Origin: Harriotta raleighana
Lineage: Eukaryota
Assembly: GCA_050575255.1 (NCBI GenBank)
Contig: JBNZDD010013719.1
Location: forward strand, 9,072,866 to 9,136,865
Direction of reading: 5' to 3'
Length of the DNA stretch: 64,000 nt
The position numbers and the translations under genes were made by a program. This document shows, piece by piece, positions 12,825-23,200 of this stretch (position 1 is the stretch's first letter; each line of letters begins with the position of its first letter). Under the pieces are notes generated by a model. That model was not told the DNA's origin. It saw only the letters and a list, made by a program, of their open reading frames with translations, and did not search any database.

Positions 12825-14215
12825 ACAACAACAACAAAATTGCACTTATAAACCGCCTTTCACGTGGGGAGGACGTCCCAAAGTGCTGAACAGTCAGGTC
12901 AGGACCCGAGCGGGTGCAGGGGCGTTTGGGTTAGGGGGAAGAGTTAGTGGAGGCGGCCGAAGGCGTGATCGAAGAGGAAGGTCTTGAGACTTGCCTTGAA
13001 GGAGGAAAGGGAGGAAGCAAGGCGGAGGGGCTGTGGGATGGAGTTCCACAATGTGGGAGCAGAGAGGTTGAAAGCCCGGCCACCGAAGGTTGGGCGATTA
13101 GGGCGGTGGACACTGAGCAGGCCTGAGTCTGCTGAACGGAGGGTGCGGGCAGGCTGATAGGGAGACAGCGGATAAGAGAGATAGGCGGGGGCAAGACCAT
13201 TCATGGCCTTGAAGGTGAGAACGAGGATCTGGAATTCGATCTTCTGGGAGATGGGGAGCCAGTGAAGATGGGCGAGGGCAGGAGTTATGTGGTCACGGAG
13301 CCTAGTGCGGGAGAGTATACAAGCTGCAGAATTCTGAATGTTCTGCAGCCTGTGAAGGGAGGAGTTGGGAAGGCCGATGAGGAGAGTTCCCATAGTCAAG
13401 CTTAGATGTGACGAAGGCATGTATAAGTGTTTTGGTGGCGTGAGGTGTGAGGTAGTGACGGAGTCTGGTAATATTGCGGAGGTGGTGGAAAGCTCTACTG
13501 GTCTTGGAGCGGATAAGAGGGAGGAAGGACTGTTCGGGGTCAAACAAGAGCCCAGATTCTTGATTTCGAGAGGTGGAGAGAGCAGCCTTGAATGCTGATA
13601 TTATCAGAGCCTGAGGTGTGGAGGCGCTGACCCGAGCCAATCAGAAGGGCCTCCATGTGGAGCTCCTGTGGCTCAGTGGTAAGAGCACTTGCCTTATATG
13701 CCTTATAAGCATGAGACCTGTGTTCGAATCCAGGCAGATCAGGGCAAAACCTTGGGCAAGTTTCCTTACTCCACATGCCTAATAATAATCCCTCCCAAAA
13801 AAACCGCAATAATAAAATTGGTCATTTCAATCCTTGACTGTTTGTGGGACACTGCTGTGCGCAATTGGCTGCCGCGTTCCGCCCACAAATATACAGTCAA
13901 TTCACAACAGTGTATTCTGTGAAGCGCTTTGGGACGTTGATAAGATGTGAAAAGCGCTATATCAAATGCAAGGATTATTGTTATTATTATTATTATTATT
14001 ATCTTGTTAATGTTGAGATGGAGGAAGTTGGCCCTCGTTCAGGACTCAATGTCGGTCAAACATGCAGTCAGAATGCCAGTAGTCCTGAAGTCGAGGGTGG
14101 ACGCGGAAAGGTGGAGTTGGGTGTCATCCGCATACATGTGGAAATTTACACCATGTCTGCGGATGATGTCGCCTAGGGGGAGCATATAGAGGGTGAAGAG
14201 CAGGGGGCCAAGGAC
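12825..14215 (-). mobile_element. L2-clade LINE, 5'-truncated and degraded, interrupted by a SINE
   Basis: Minus-strand [34 protein letters not shown] (RT YADD motif) and [17 protein letters not shown]...; (CAA)n tail at ~12825. Confidence 0.92.
13657..14002 (+). mobile_element. Young full-length tRNA-derived SINE inserted in an L2
   Basis: GTGGAGCTCCTGTGGCTCAGTGG (A box), GTTCGAATCC (B box), Deu-like TGTGCGCAATTGGCTGCCGCGTT, L2-like 3' stem-loop and a long (ATT)n tail. Confidence 0.93.
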
Positions 14216-14369
14216 AAAATACACACTACATTTCATGGTGAAACAATGTGAAGAGCTTTGAAATGGTCTTTGGATATGAGCTTTTAGCTGGTAATTTATC
14301 TTAGTGCTATTATTTAGCATTTTAGATGTATATACACAAGAGTTATGGATTTAGATGGTTCTAAATGTG

Positions 14370-14437
14370 TATCCAGCGCCTTGGAACGTACTCCTGACAT
14401 GAAAGGCGCTCTATAAATGCAATTTTGTTGTTGTTGT
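14370..14437 (+). mobile_element. Short L2 3' tail insertion
   Basis: TCCAGCGCCTTGGAACGTACTCCTGACATGAAAGGCGCTCTATAAATGCAATTTTG(TTG)n. Confidence 0.85.
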
Positions 14438-14754
14438 ATTTTAGATGTAGTCCTCCATCTGAGCTAGAGCAATTCTTTTTGTAGAATTGTTAACCAGAAC
14501 ACTAGCAGAACTCCTTTCTCTTTTCAAATAGTTCCATAGGAGCTTTAATGCCTTTTATCTTTAAGGACAACGACTATTTAGACTGTTCAAACCACAGAAA
14601 TTTGCAGCACAGAAGGTCATTTGGCCCACAAGTGTGTGTATTGGGGAAGGGGGGAATATCCAAATCTTATTGCAAAAACTGAAACGCAGAGCAATCGAGA
14701 TAAACACTGGGGGTTTACCCGTTTGACCAATTTTTAGTGTGAAATTCTTAATAC

Positions 14755-14889
14755 ATCGAAATAACGCGCCTCACTACAGTACTGGCTTATCTCACTGCAC
14801 ATACGGGGTTAGGTGTTGAATTACTATAAACAAGGTTGCTATATAGTTGAACAGGTAAAGCTTTTATTTTCACTGTCATAACAATGCAG
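14755..14889. repeat. Left arm of ~135 bp inverted repeat
   Basis: ATCGAAATAACGCGCC...CATAACAATGCAG is the reverse complement of 16215-16348, with 2 mismatches and 1 indel. Confidence 0.95.
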
Positions 14890-16214
14890 TTGTGAGATTG
14901 TGCAAAATATTCTCTTGCAAAATATCGAGCGTTGTCAGGGTGTGTGCAAACGGGTGAGTGAGTGAATGCATACCGCGGATCAGGTTCTTCCTTTTATGTT
15001 CTGTTGTTGGTGGGGGTGGGGAGAGGAGGAGGGCGTATAGTGATTAATGTTGGATGTTATAAACATCGCAGAAATTACTTTTACTTTCGAAACTATTTCA
15101 AACCAAGCTGTACGCCGATGCAGCAGCAGGAGTGGATTGGGATTTAAATGCGAACCCGTCTTAATCCTTGGAATTCTCACAGAACAAGGCTGGTACTGTT
15201 AAATGAGAAACACCCAGCCTATTGTCCGCTCCCCATTCACACATATTGCTTCTGCTGTTGGTTAAGTGCGTTAATTTTTAAATTCCCAGTTCTGCACTCA
15301 TTACAAATTCCAGTTAAACTCCACCTTTTGGGTAAACAGTAACCAAATGGTTCTATTTATTTTACCGTCTGACGTACCCAGTGAGATATATGGCTCCACA
15401 TTCATATTAATGTGGGGGGAGAAAAACAAGCAATTTCCCCATTCCACTTCAAAACATATTACCCCCAACTTTTTTCGTGCAAATTATTCAATTAATCGTG
15501 TTAGTTAGTAGTGTGAACCCAACTACAAATTGCACAACAGGAAACTGAGTTGGAGGGAAGTTGCATAACCCCATTCTCATACTTTTCAATCAATGCACTT
15601 TCATGGAACTCCTCCCCCTCCCCCCTTCCTTTATTTTCAAATCGAGCTGTTTGAGGATTTGCTATTTCCTCATTAGTCCCACGCTTATACACTATGTGTC
15701 TTATAAATTAGGTACAGAACATTTTAGGGAGATGGAGGAAATGTGATCAGTGTTTGCTTAGGAGGACGATTTATGTTTTATATGTCGACTATCGCTTTTT
15801 TTTAATGAGTTTAAATCGACGAATGCAGAGGTCTCGTGATTAATGGATGTGTGCCAGGGCGCTGGAGTTCTCCGAAAACAGATGGGTTGCTTCAGTTGCG
15901 CATAAGCAGAGATTGGTCGGGAAAAGAGGAAAAAAAAATGTGGGCTCAGTCTGTTAAGTGACACGGCGCAGAAGCAAAGCGTTAGGGAGTTGCGACATTC
16001 AGAGAAGAACTGAAATAGATCGGGCCCCGCGTCACGGGGCGGGATTGGTGCCTTTGGTGGAAAGCTGCAGTTAAGAGGCTTCCTCAGGGAGCACAGGGGA
16101 GGCGGGGAAGAAAGATAGCATCGCCAAGGCACTGACAACATCCACACAGCGGGTGCATGTGGATTGCACACTGTAACTGACGCGCAGACGATACTTTTCC
16201 ATTATCATTTACAC

Positions 16215-16348
16215 CTGCATTGTTATGACAGTGAAAATAAAAGCTTTACCCGTTCAACTATTAGCAACCTTGTTTATAGTAATTCAACACCTAACCCTGT
16301 ATGTGCAGTGAGATAAGCCAGTACTGTAGTGAGGCGCGTTATTTCGAT
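16215..16348. repeat. Right arm of ~135 bp inverted repeat
   Basis: CTGCATTGTTATG...GGCGCGTTATTTCGAT; reverse complement of 14755-14889. Confidence 0.95.
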
Positions 16349-17039
16349 CACGGCGTGCGATTGAAATTTGATAGGAACTGGTTGTGGAATCTTGTATTTT
16401 TAATAGGAGGCTATCCCTCTCCCTCCCTCCCCCTCCCCACCCGTGTTGTACATTGTTGAAATATTTGCTCTGAATTCACTACGAAAGCAATTTTGCTCAT
16501 TCAGCACTGACTGGTCCGAATGCAGGTTTAAGCGTGGATTGTGTTAAGATTACAACTGTCCTTCCCATTGTTCGAACCGAGCGACCCCCGCATCACTAAC
16601 CATGGCCAACGAACCTTTAATAATACTGAATCCGAGTCCATCATGTGTAGCAAGGATTTTTTTGGGAGGGGAAAGTGGGGTGAGTTACCGAGCAAGTTAC
16701 CGAGATCAGCAAAAAAACAAATGTACCTGTTGACGTCGCCAAGCGCGCCGCTGGAAGTCATTTCAAAAATACGTTTTTTTCCTCCAGCCATGGAAACGCG
16801 TTGCATTTAACACAGTCGCTTAATAATGGTGCATCAGTAAAAGCCGGATATCATAAGAGACCTGAAGAAGGGGAAGAGATGTGGCTTTTAAGATGTTTAG
16901 GTGTACTATACAGATGTAACATTGGGCGGAGGAGGTGGGGGGGGGCTAGAGAGAAAGATGAAGAGTGGGGAGGGGAAAAATATAGTTTTGAAGATAACTA
17001 TTGTAAAATAATGTAAGGATTCTATAAATCTTGGTGTAT

Positions 17040-17146
17040 GTCGCTCACATGTATGCATTCAATTCACAGTAAATTTATTCTGCAAAGCGCTTTGAGACAG
17101 TGAAAAGCGCTATATCAAAATGCAAGGATGATGATGATTATTTATT
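17040..17146 (+). mobile_element. SINE 3' fragment just upstream of the IRF2BPL promoter
   Basis: CAATTCACAG...TTCTGCAAAGCGCTTTGAGAC..GTGAAAAGCGCTATATCAAAATGCAAGGATGATG. Confidence 0.75.
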
Positions 17147-17234
17147 ATTGTGTGGCACAGCCAACAGTGGAGGGTGGGAGGCGGTGTCGCTTTAAGATGA
17201 TTGTTGGTGTGTATCGCACACATGTAACATTGAA

Positions 17235-17400
17235 GAGGGGGGCGGTGGGGAGAGGAATGCGGCGGCGCGCATGCGCGGTAATCTGGCACTGTGTTCAGTG
17301 GCGCGGGTGACGTCACGGGCGGAGGAGCGCTGGTCGGCGGTGAAGCTGCTCAGAGCCTCCGAGAGAGAGAGAGAGGGAGAGAGAGACCGAGCCCGGGGAG
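17235..17400 (+). promoter_or_regulatory. IRF2BPL proximal promoter (CpG-rich, no evident TATA box)
   Basis: NRF1 palindrome GCGCATGCGC at 17267-17276, full CRE TGACGTCA at 17308-17315, GC box GGGCGG at 17317-17322 and a GA-repeat at ~17361-17386, all 190-300 bp upstream of the ATG. Confidence 0.75.
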
Positions 17401-17570
17401 CTACACCAACCACAAGCCGTGCCACCCTCACATAGCATAGCACAACACAACCACAGGCCTGCCCGTGCTCCCTCCTGTATCACAGAGCGAGGAACCACAC
17501 CGAGAGAGAGAGGAGAGAGATCGCAGCCTCGCTCTGTTCTTGTGCTGGGCTGTTACTCTCTTTTTGCGCC

Positions 17571-19541
17571 ATGTCTTCTGCACAAGTGTCTTCCTCTAGG
17601 AGACAGTCGTGCTACCTCTGTGATCTGCCCCGCATGCCGTGGGCTATGATCTGGGATTTTACCGAGCCCGTGTGCAGGGGATGTGTCAACTACGAAGGTG
17701 CCGATCGCATCGAATTCGTCATCGAGACGGCCCGGCAGTTGAAAAGGGCTCATGGCTTCCAGGATGGGAGATCCCCCGGTCCGCCGCCTGTCAAAGTTCA
17801 GTCTATGGCTGCAGGTAAAGAGACTGCTCAACTCAACCACGTTGACGGCTCGTCCAAACCGTCCCAGACGGTTCTCGACCGCTACTCCCTGGCCACGGAG
17901 AGACCTCGGTTCGAGTACCCAGGCATCACCCACGCTGGTAGGCTTCCCAACGGGTTGAATGGACCCAATGGATTCCCCAAACCCGAGGACATTCCTCCTG
18001 AACTCAACAGACAGAGCCCCAATTCTTCTCGCAGAAATCACGGGCTGGTGCCTCCAGGACCCGTCACTGTCCCTCCTAATTTGTTACCACAGACCACTCT
18101 GAACGGCCCGGTGACGGGAGCCCTCCCCCCGCACAGTCTGCTCGGCCGACCCCCTCCTTCCAACATCCTGGGATCCTCTCTGTCTGTTACCAGCCAGTCG
18201 TTGAGTGATGTAAACAAACGGCCCGGCTCCGTCTCCAGCACCGACCAGGAGAGGGAACTGAAAGAAAAACAACGCAATGCAGAGACCCTAGCGGAACTGA
18301 GCGAAAGTTTAAGGAATCGCTCGGAGGACTGGTCGAACAAACCCAAAATAGTGCGAGAGACTCTGATCACTCTTTCCAACTGCACGCCTTTCGATGTGCG
18401 CTTCAAGAAGGACCATTGTCTACTGGGCAGGGTGTTCGCTTTCGATGCCATTTCCAAGCCGGGCATGGACTACGAATTGAAAATCTACATCGAGTACCCG
18501 AGCGGATCTGCCAACGTGTTTTCCAGCGCCTCGGGGGTGGCCAAACAGATGTACCAGGACTGCATGAAGGACTTCGGCCGGGGGCTATCGTCCGGCTTCA
18601 AGTATTTAGAGTACGAGAAGAAGCACAGCTCGGGGGACTGGCGGCTGCTAGGCGACCTGCTGCCCGAGACGGTGCGTTTCTTCAAGGAGGTGGTAGCGGC
18701 TGAGATGCTGCCTCAGTCTTACATCGACGCCAATTGCCCCATTTTGCCAACCGCCCTGTGTAACCTGTCCCGCGCCTTGCCCAACAACTCCAGGACTGGC
18801 ATGCGCAAGAGGAAAGCCTCGCCGGAGCCCGACCAGGAGGCGGGCGGCGTGAAGCTGGAGGAGCGGCAGCAGCAGTGGCTGGCCGGACAGAACGAAGCCC
18901 TGAAGCTCACCCTGGCTGCGTCGGGCGCCTTTGGGCCGACCATGACCCCCAACCGAACCAGCCCCCCCGAGTCCAGCGGCGGCGGCAGCAGCCAGAACGG
19001 CCAGTCACCTATGGCCGCCCTCATGTCGGTGGCCGACACGCTAGGCAACGCGCACTCGCCAAAGGACAGCAGCGGCGGCAGCAACTCGGTGCATTCGACC
19101 ACCAGCACCAGGAGGAACAGCAACAGCCCCGTGTCACCGGCCTCCGGGGGCGGCCAGCGCCGCATGGCGTCCAGGAACGGGGACGTGGCTCTGTCGGCGG
19201 CGACGTCGGCGGCTCCAAACGCGCACGCCATGGAGGCCGCTCACCCGCCCAACATCCCGGACTCGCCCATGGCCAGTAACGGGCCTTTGTGCTGCACTAT
19301 TTGTCACGAACGTTTGGAGGACACTCACTTCGTGCAGTGCCCGTCGGTGCCCAACCACAAGTTCTGCTTCCCCTGCTCGCGGGAGAGCATCAAGGCCCAA
19401 GGCGCCAACGGCGAGGTTTACTGCCCCAGCGGCGAGAAGTGCCCGCTAGTCGGTTCCAACGTGCCCTGGGCATTCATGCAGGGAGAGATCGCTACCATTT
19501 TAGCAGGGGACGTTAAGGTCAAGAAAGAAAGAGACCCGTAA
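17571..19541 (+). CDS. IRF2BPL: Interferon regulatory factor 2-binding protein-like (EAP1), single-exon, 656 aa; N-terminal C4 zinc finger and C-terminal C3HC4 RING (E3 ligase / transcriptional regulator)
   Basis: The ORF starts [62 protein letters not shown] and ends [35 protein letters not shown]...VKVKKERDP. It has the central block (FDVRFKKDH...YLEYEKKH) and the [12 protein letters not shown]. The N-terminal residues and intronless structure favour IRF2BPL over IRF2BP1/2. Kozak-like context GCGCCATGT. Confidence 0.97.
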   Translation: MSSAQVSSSRRQSCYLCDLPRMPWAMIWDFTEPVCRGCVNYEGADRIEFVIETARQLKRAHGFQDGRSPGPPPVKVQSMAAGKETAQLNHVDGSSKPSQTVLDRYSLATERPRFEYPGITHAGRLPNGLNGPNGFPKPEDIPPELNRQSPNSSRRNHGLVPPGPVTVPPNLLPQTTLNGPVTGALPPHSLLGRPPPSNILGSSLSVTSQSLSDVNKRPGSVSSTDQERELKEKQRNAETLAELSESLRNRSEDWSNKPKIVRETLITLSNCTPFDVRFKKDHCLLGRVFAFDAISKPGMDYELKIYIEYPSGSANVFSSASGVAKQMYQDCMKDFGRGLSSGFKYLEYEKKHSSGDWRLLGDLLPETVRFFKEVVAAEMLPQSYIDANCPILPTALCNLSRALPNNSRTGMRKRKASPEPDQEAGGVKLEERQQQWLAGQNEALKLTLAASGAFGPTMTPNRTSPPESSGGGSSQNGQSPMAALMSVADTLGNAHSPKDSSGGSNSVHSTTSTRRNSNSPVSPASGGGQRRMASRNGDVALSAATSAAPNAHAMEAAHPPNIPDSPMASNGPLCCTICHERLEDTHFVQCPSVPNHKFCFPCSRESIKAQGANGEVYCPSGEKCPLVGSNVPWAFMQGEIATILAGDVKVKKERDP

Positions 19542-20290
19542 ACAAATTAAGATTTTTTTTTAAAAGAGCAAAAAAAAACTTCAAACTTCACACTGCATTT
19601 GAAGTTTTTTTTAAAAAAAGAAATGAAAGAAATGTGAATAAGAACTACAAAAACAAGTTAGTCTTATGTATAGACATTGTTCCCCCATTTTTTCGTCGTA
19701 TGTTTCTATATTTTGAAACAAGGTATGTGCTCTTCTTCATTTGAAGGATGAACCTGTTTTTTTCGTTTTTCAAAAAGGAATTAAGATATTACTGGTTACT
19801 GCTTAATACTGTTTTCACTTATTTGGTGGCAGTGTGTTGGCTAGGTACAGAATCATAGCACTTAGCGATTAACGCTGCTGGTGTATGTTTTTTTGTAAAT
19901 GTATGCACTTCGCTGAATTGCCAAGGCCAGTGTTGACGCCTGCAGAAATGCAAACAAATCGTTACAAAAAATGGTTACAGCTTGTTGTGTTACAAGCCCT
20001 GGGATAGTCTCCTACAGTGACTTTTTTTTAAAAAAAGGTGAGGGGTTCTTTTTATTAGTTTCCAAGGGCAAATCTTTCATTTATGATTCAGTGAACTGAA
20101 TTTTTTTTATATAACGTGTTTTCTTTTTTGCTTATGGATGCACGAATGCTTTAAATAGTAGAGCAAATTGCTGTACTGTATATGACAAAAAAATGCTCTG
20201 TTTGTTCTTTATACATTTCTGTAGTAACAGAAGACTGTAATGTGCCTTGGAGCTGAATAAATTGTAATAAATTCAATTAATAAGCTCCCT
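19542..20290 (+). other. IRF2BPL 3'UTR
   Basis: AT/U-rich, repeat-free stretch after the TAA stop, ending at two polyadenylation hexamers. The exact end is inferred. Confidence 0.65.
20256..20271 (+). terminator. Tandem polyadenylation signals AATAAA (20256-20261, 20266-20271)
   Basis: First canonical AATAAA pair seen downstream of the IRF2BPL stop, about 715 nt from it. Confidence 0.65.
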
Positions 20291-23200
20291 GACTAGTCAA
20301 TTTCTTTAAAGAACTATAAGAAATGCAGAACAAATGATATGTGGAGTATGGTTGAATTTCTTTTATAGTATTTCTGGAATACATTTCTACAGCCACTGTT
20401 AGAGATGTCGTTCTTATTAAGTAAATTATGTCATTGCTGTATTTACTCATCTTGGCAAAGAGCCCATATATTTGTGTCACCTGAGTTGATTTAAGAAACT
20501 GCTGACTCAGGATTTTTCTTTTTTTTAATGGACTCTGGACTGAGATTTGATGAGTTCCAGGTTGTACCTTTATTTCTGCTGAAACAAAATCTGTGGTAAC
20601 TATTGTTCCGCATTTAGAGGCACTTTAAAGTGATTGAATGTTACTGTGTAAAATCAGTGCTAGTTAACTGTAGTGGTCCAGGCAATAGCACGAAGTTTGA
20701 AGTAAAGACTTTTAAAAAAAAGAATATGGAATGCAATTGTCTGTCTAGATCGTGGACAGCACCAGAAATTGCTATTAGTATGCAGAACTGCATTCTTGTC
20801 TTTTATTCAGAAAACTTAATCACAAGACAATAATTGTGTAAAATATACCTCCCTCTACATGCTTTAAAACAAACGGTTCAATATTTAATATTTAGTGCAC
20901 CAAAATATTAATGGTTTCTTTACATATTTAAAAACGTTAATGCTGTTTTACTTTATATGAGACAAAACCTTCCAACTACCAGTTGTCTTTCAGTGATAAC
21001 ATTCCTGGTAGTTTTATCGTTAATTATGTTTATCATCACAATAGTAATAGTTGTACAGTTTTCATTAAACAAGGTTAATAAAGTACAGCGCTGCCAGTGG
21101 ACTGCTACAGTTAATTTTTGTTATATAGATTGTTGGGTTTCTATAATCTGAAAAAATGCACTTTCCCTGAACGTAAAATATTTGCAAGTTACTCATGTGA
21201 CTGGTGAAATGTTAACAGTGAAAACAATTGAGTGTTTGGTTCCAGTCCATCTTTACAACAAAAGTGAAGCTTTATGTGAACACTAATGTATTTGATGGAA
21301 ATGTGACGTGGGTTTGATATTTTTTGTTGTGTGTCTGTCCTAAAACACACCCTTTACACCCTGGAACAGATTATTCTGAAGCTAGTAATCAAATGTTGAT
21401 AGGGTACAGTGTATTGGAGCATATGCCTACAGTAATAGATTAGTTGAATGGGGGTAAATTCTATATTGTGGATAATTGATTAAAATCTAGTCTGGCTTTG
21501 TAGGGGTTTGATCATCAGATTATCAGTCCCATGTACTCCAATCTGACAATTGATGTTAATTTATTTCTCCTTTGTTGCTAGGCTAAATATTTAACCTGAT
21601 CTGTAGGTCAGCACAAATATAATTTCCCGAATGTGGCGAATGGTACAGTTTCAAAGTAAAACTGAGCAATATTTCATCTTTAATGCAGGGCTTGTGCATT
21701 CTGGAATTGCAACCCAAGACCTGTTTGTTTTTACAGCTGCTGATCATCTGCAGGTTTTGATTCTAAAGATACAATATTGGGGGTTATTTTTATATTTTAA
21801 TTACTCTGCCTTTTAATAGCTCTTGCTAACGTTTGGTAAGGCATTTTGTTTATAGCCTTGATCAGTACCCTGTGCCAAATTATATGTTCTCCCTAACTGA
21901 TCTGGATAATATGTTCTAGAAAGACTTGAAATAGCCACATAACCTATGTCATTCCCAGCCAGTGAGAACTGTACAGTAGAACGCCTTCTTCGCATTTCCT
22001 CAGAATGTAGAATAATTGATATTGATGTGGGGACAGAGCCAGATGAGGCAATGCCTGATTCTTTCTCTATTGTCCCAATATCAATAAAACTAATGGCTAA
22101 TAAAGTGTAGGGAGATGCTTGGATGCTAAGTACTGTTGCTTGTTGAATTGAATAGCCTTTTTATTTAATACCACATTCAATTAACTACTATGAACTATTT
22201 TTGACACACCAGGACAGGTGATTTGCTTTGCAAAAGCACTTAGTAATCGATTCCAATAAAAGCCAAAGTCAAACCGCCAGGTTTTTTTTTAAAAAGTACT
22301 TGAATGAAGAGACTAGACAACATCAACAATGTTTTTAATCTCAATTTGTGTAGACCAAGAAAAGTGACCAAGAAAAGTATCAGTGACCTTGACATTTCTA
22401 AAGCATTGTATTATAATTAAGGGAGAAAGAGAACACTACTGTATGGTTGACATAAACATTTAGGGTTTGGCTTATGAGTGGATGCTGTTAAGCATGGAAC
22501 ATAATGCATAAGATCTGTACTTGTTGCATGGATCTGCCTTCATTGAGTTGTATGTAATCTTATCCAGACAGAAAGTGGGTGGTTTATTATATTTTGTCCC
22601 AAATTCTAATTGTAAGTAAATAACAAAATTAACTTAAATGGCCACCTGTCACAGTCATACAAAACCCCCTTTCTGGAATGCCGTCTGGGATCCACATAAC
22701 GTGTATGTTGTAGAGGCTCTTATGTGTTCATCAGAGAGACAAAAAACAGACAATATTGTACCGAGACCTGGTAATGTAAGAAAGGAGTTACTGCATGTAA
22801 CTGAATGCCTTTGTGAAACTCTTTTTCTGTTGTTCCATACACATTAACCTAGTTCATTCATGATTTTTTTGCTCCTTCTCACTAATGGAGAAGCCATCAA
22901 TAATCCTCACTACAATACAAACATTAGAGTGGTTAGTGCAGTTATATGTGAGGGAGTCGAGACATTTATGTGTACAAATGTTTATTTGTTATGGCACTGC
23001 TTAAAGCTGAAAGAAGGAGTGGAACTCTTAATTGTACATGCATGTCTTGTTTTCTCTCACTTGTTTTTAGCTTCAATCTTTCCAAAATATGTTATTGGCA
23101 TTACTTAAGCTCTCCCCTATTTGCCCAGCATACTTGATTTTCACAACTAATTTCACTGACAAGTAAGTTGGCTGGAGTTCCTGATACATTACATCTTTTT

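Noticed and set aside
13657-13735. tRNA-like sequence with A and B boxes
   Set aside because: It is the SINE head: it continues into SINE body sequence and I see no complete cloverleaf.
17553-19516. Antisense and alternative-frame ORFs overlapping IRF2BPL
   Set aside because: Expected shadows of a GC-rich coding sequence.
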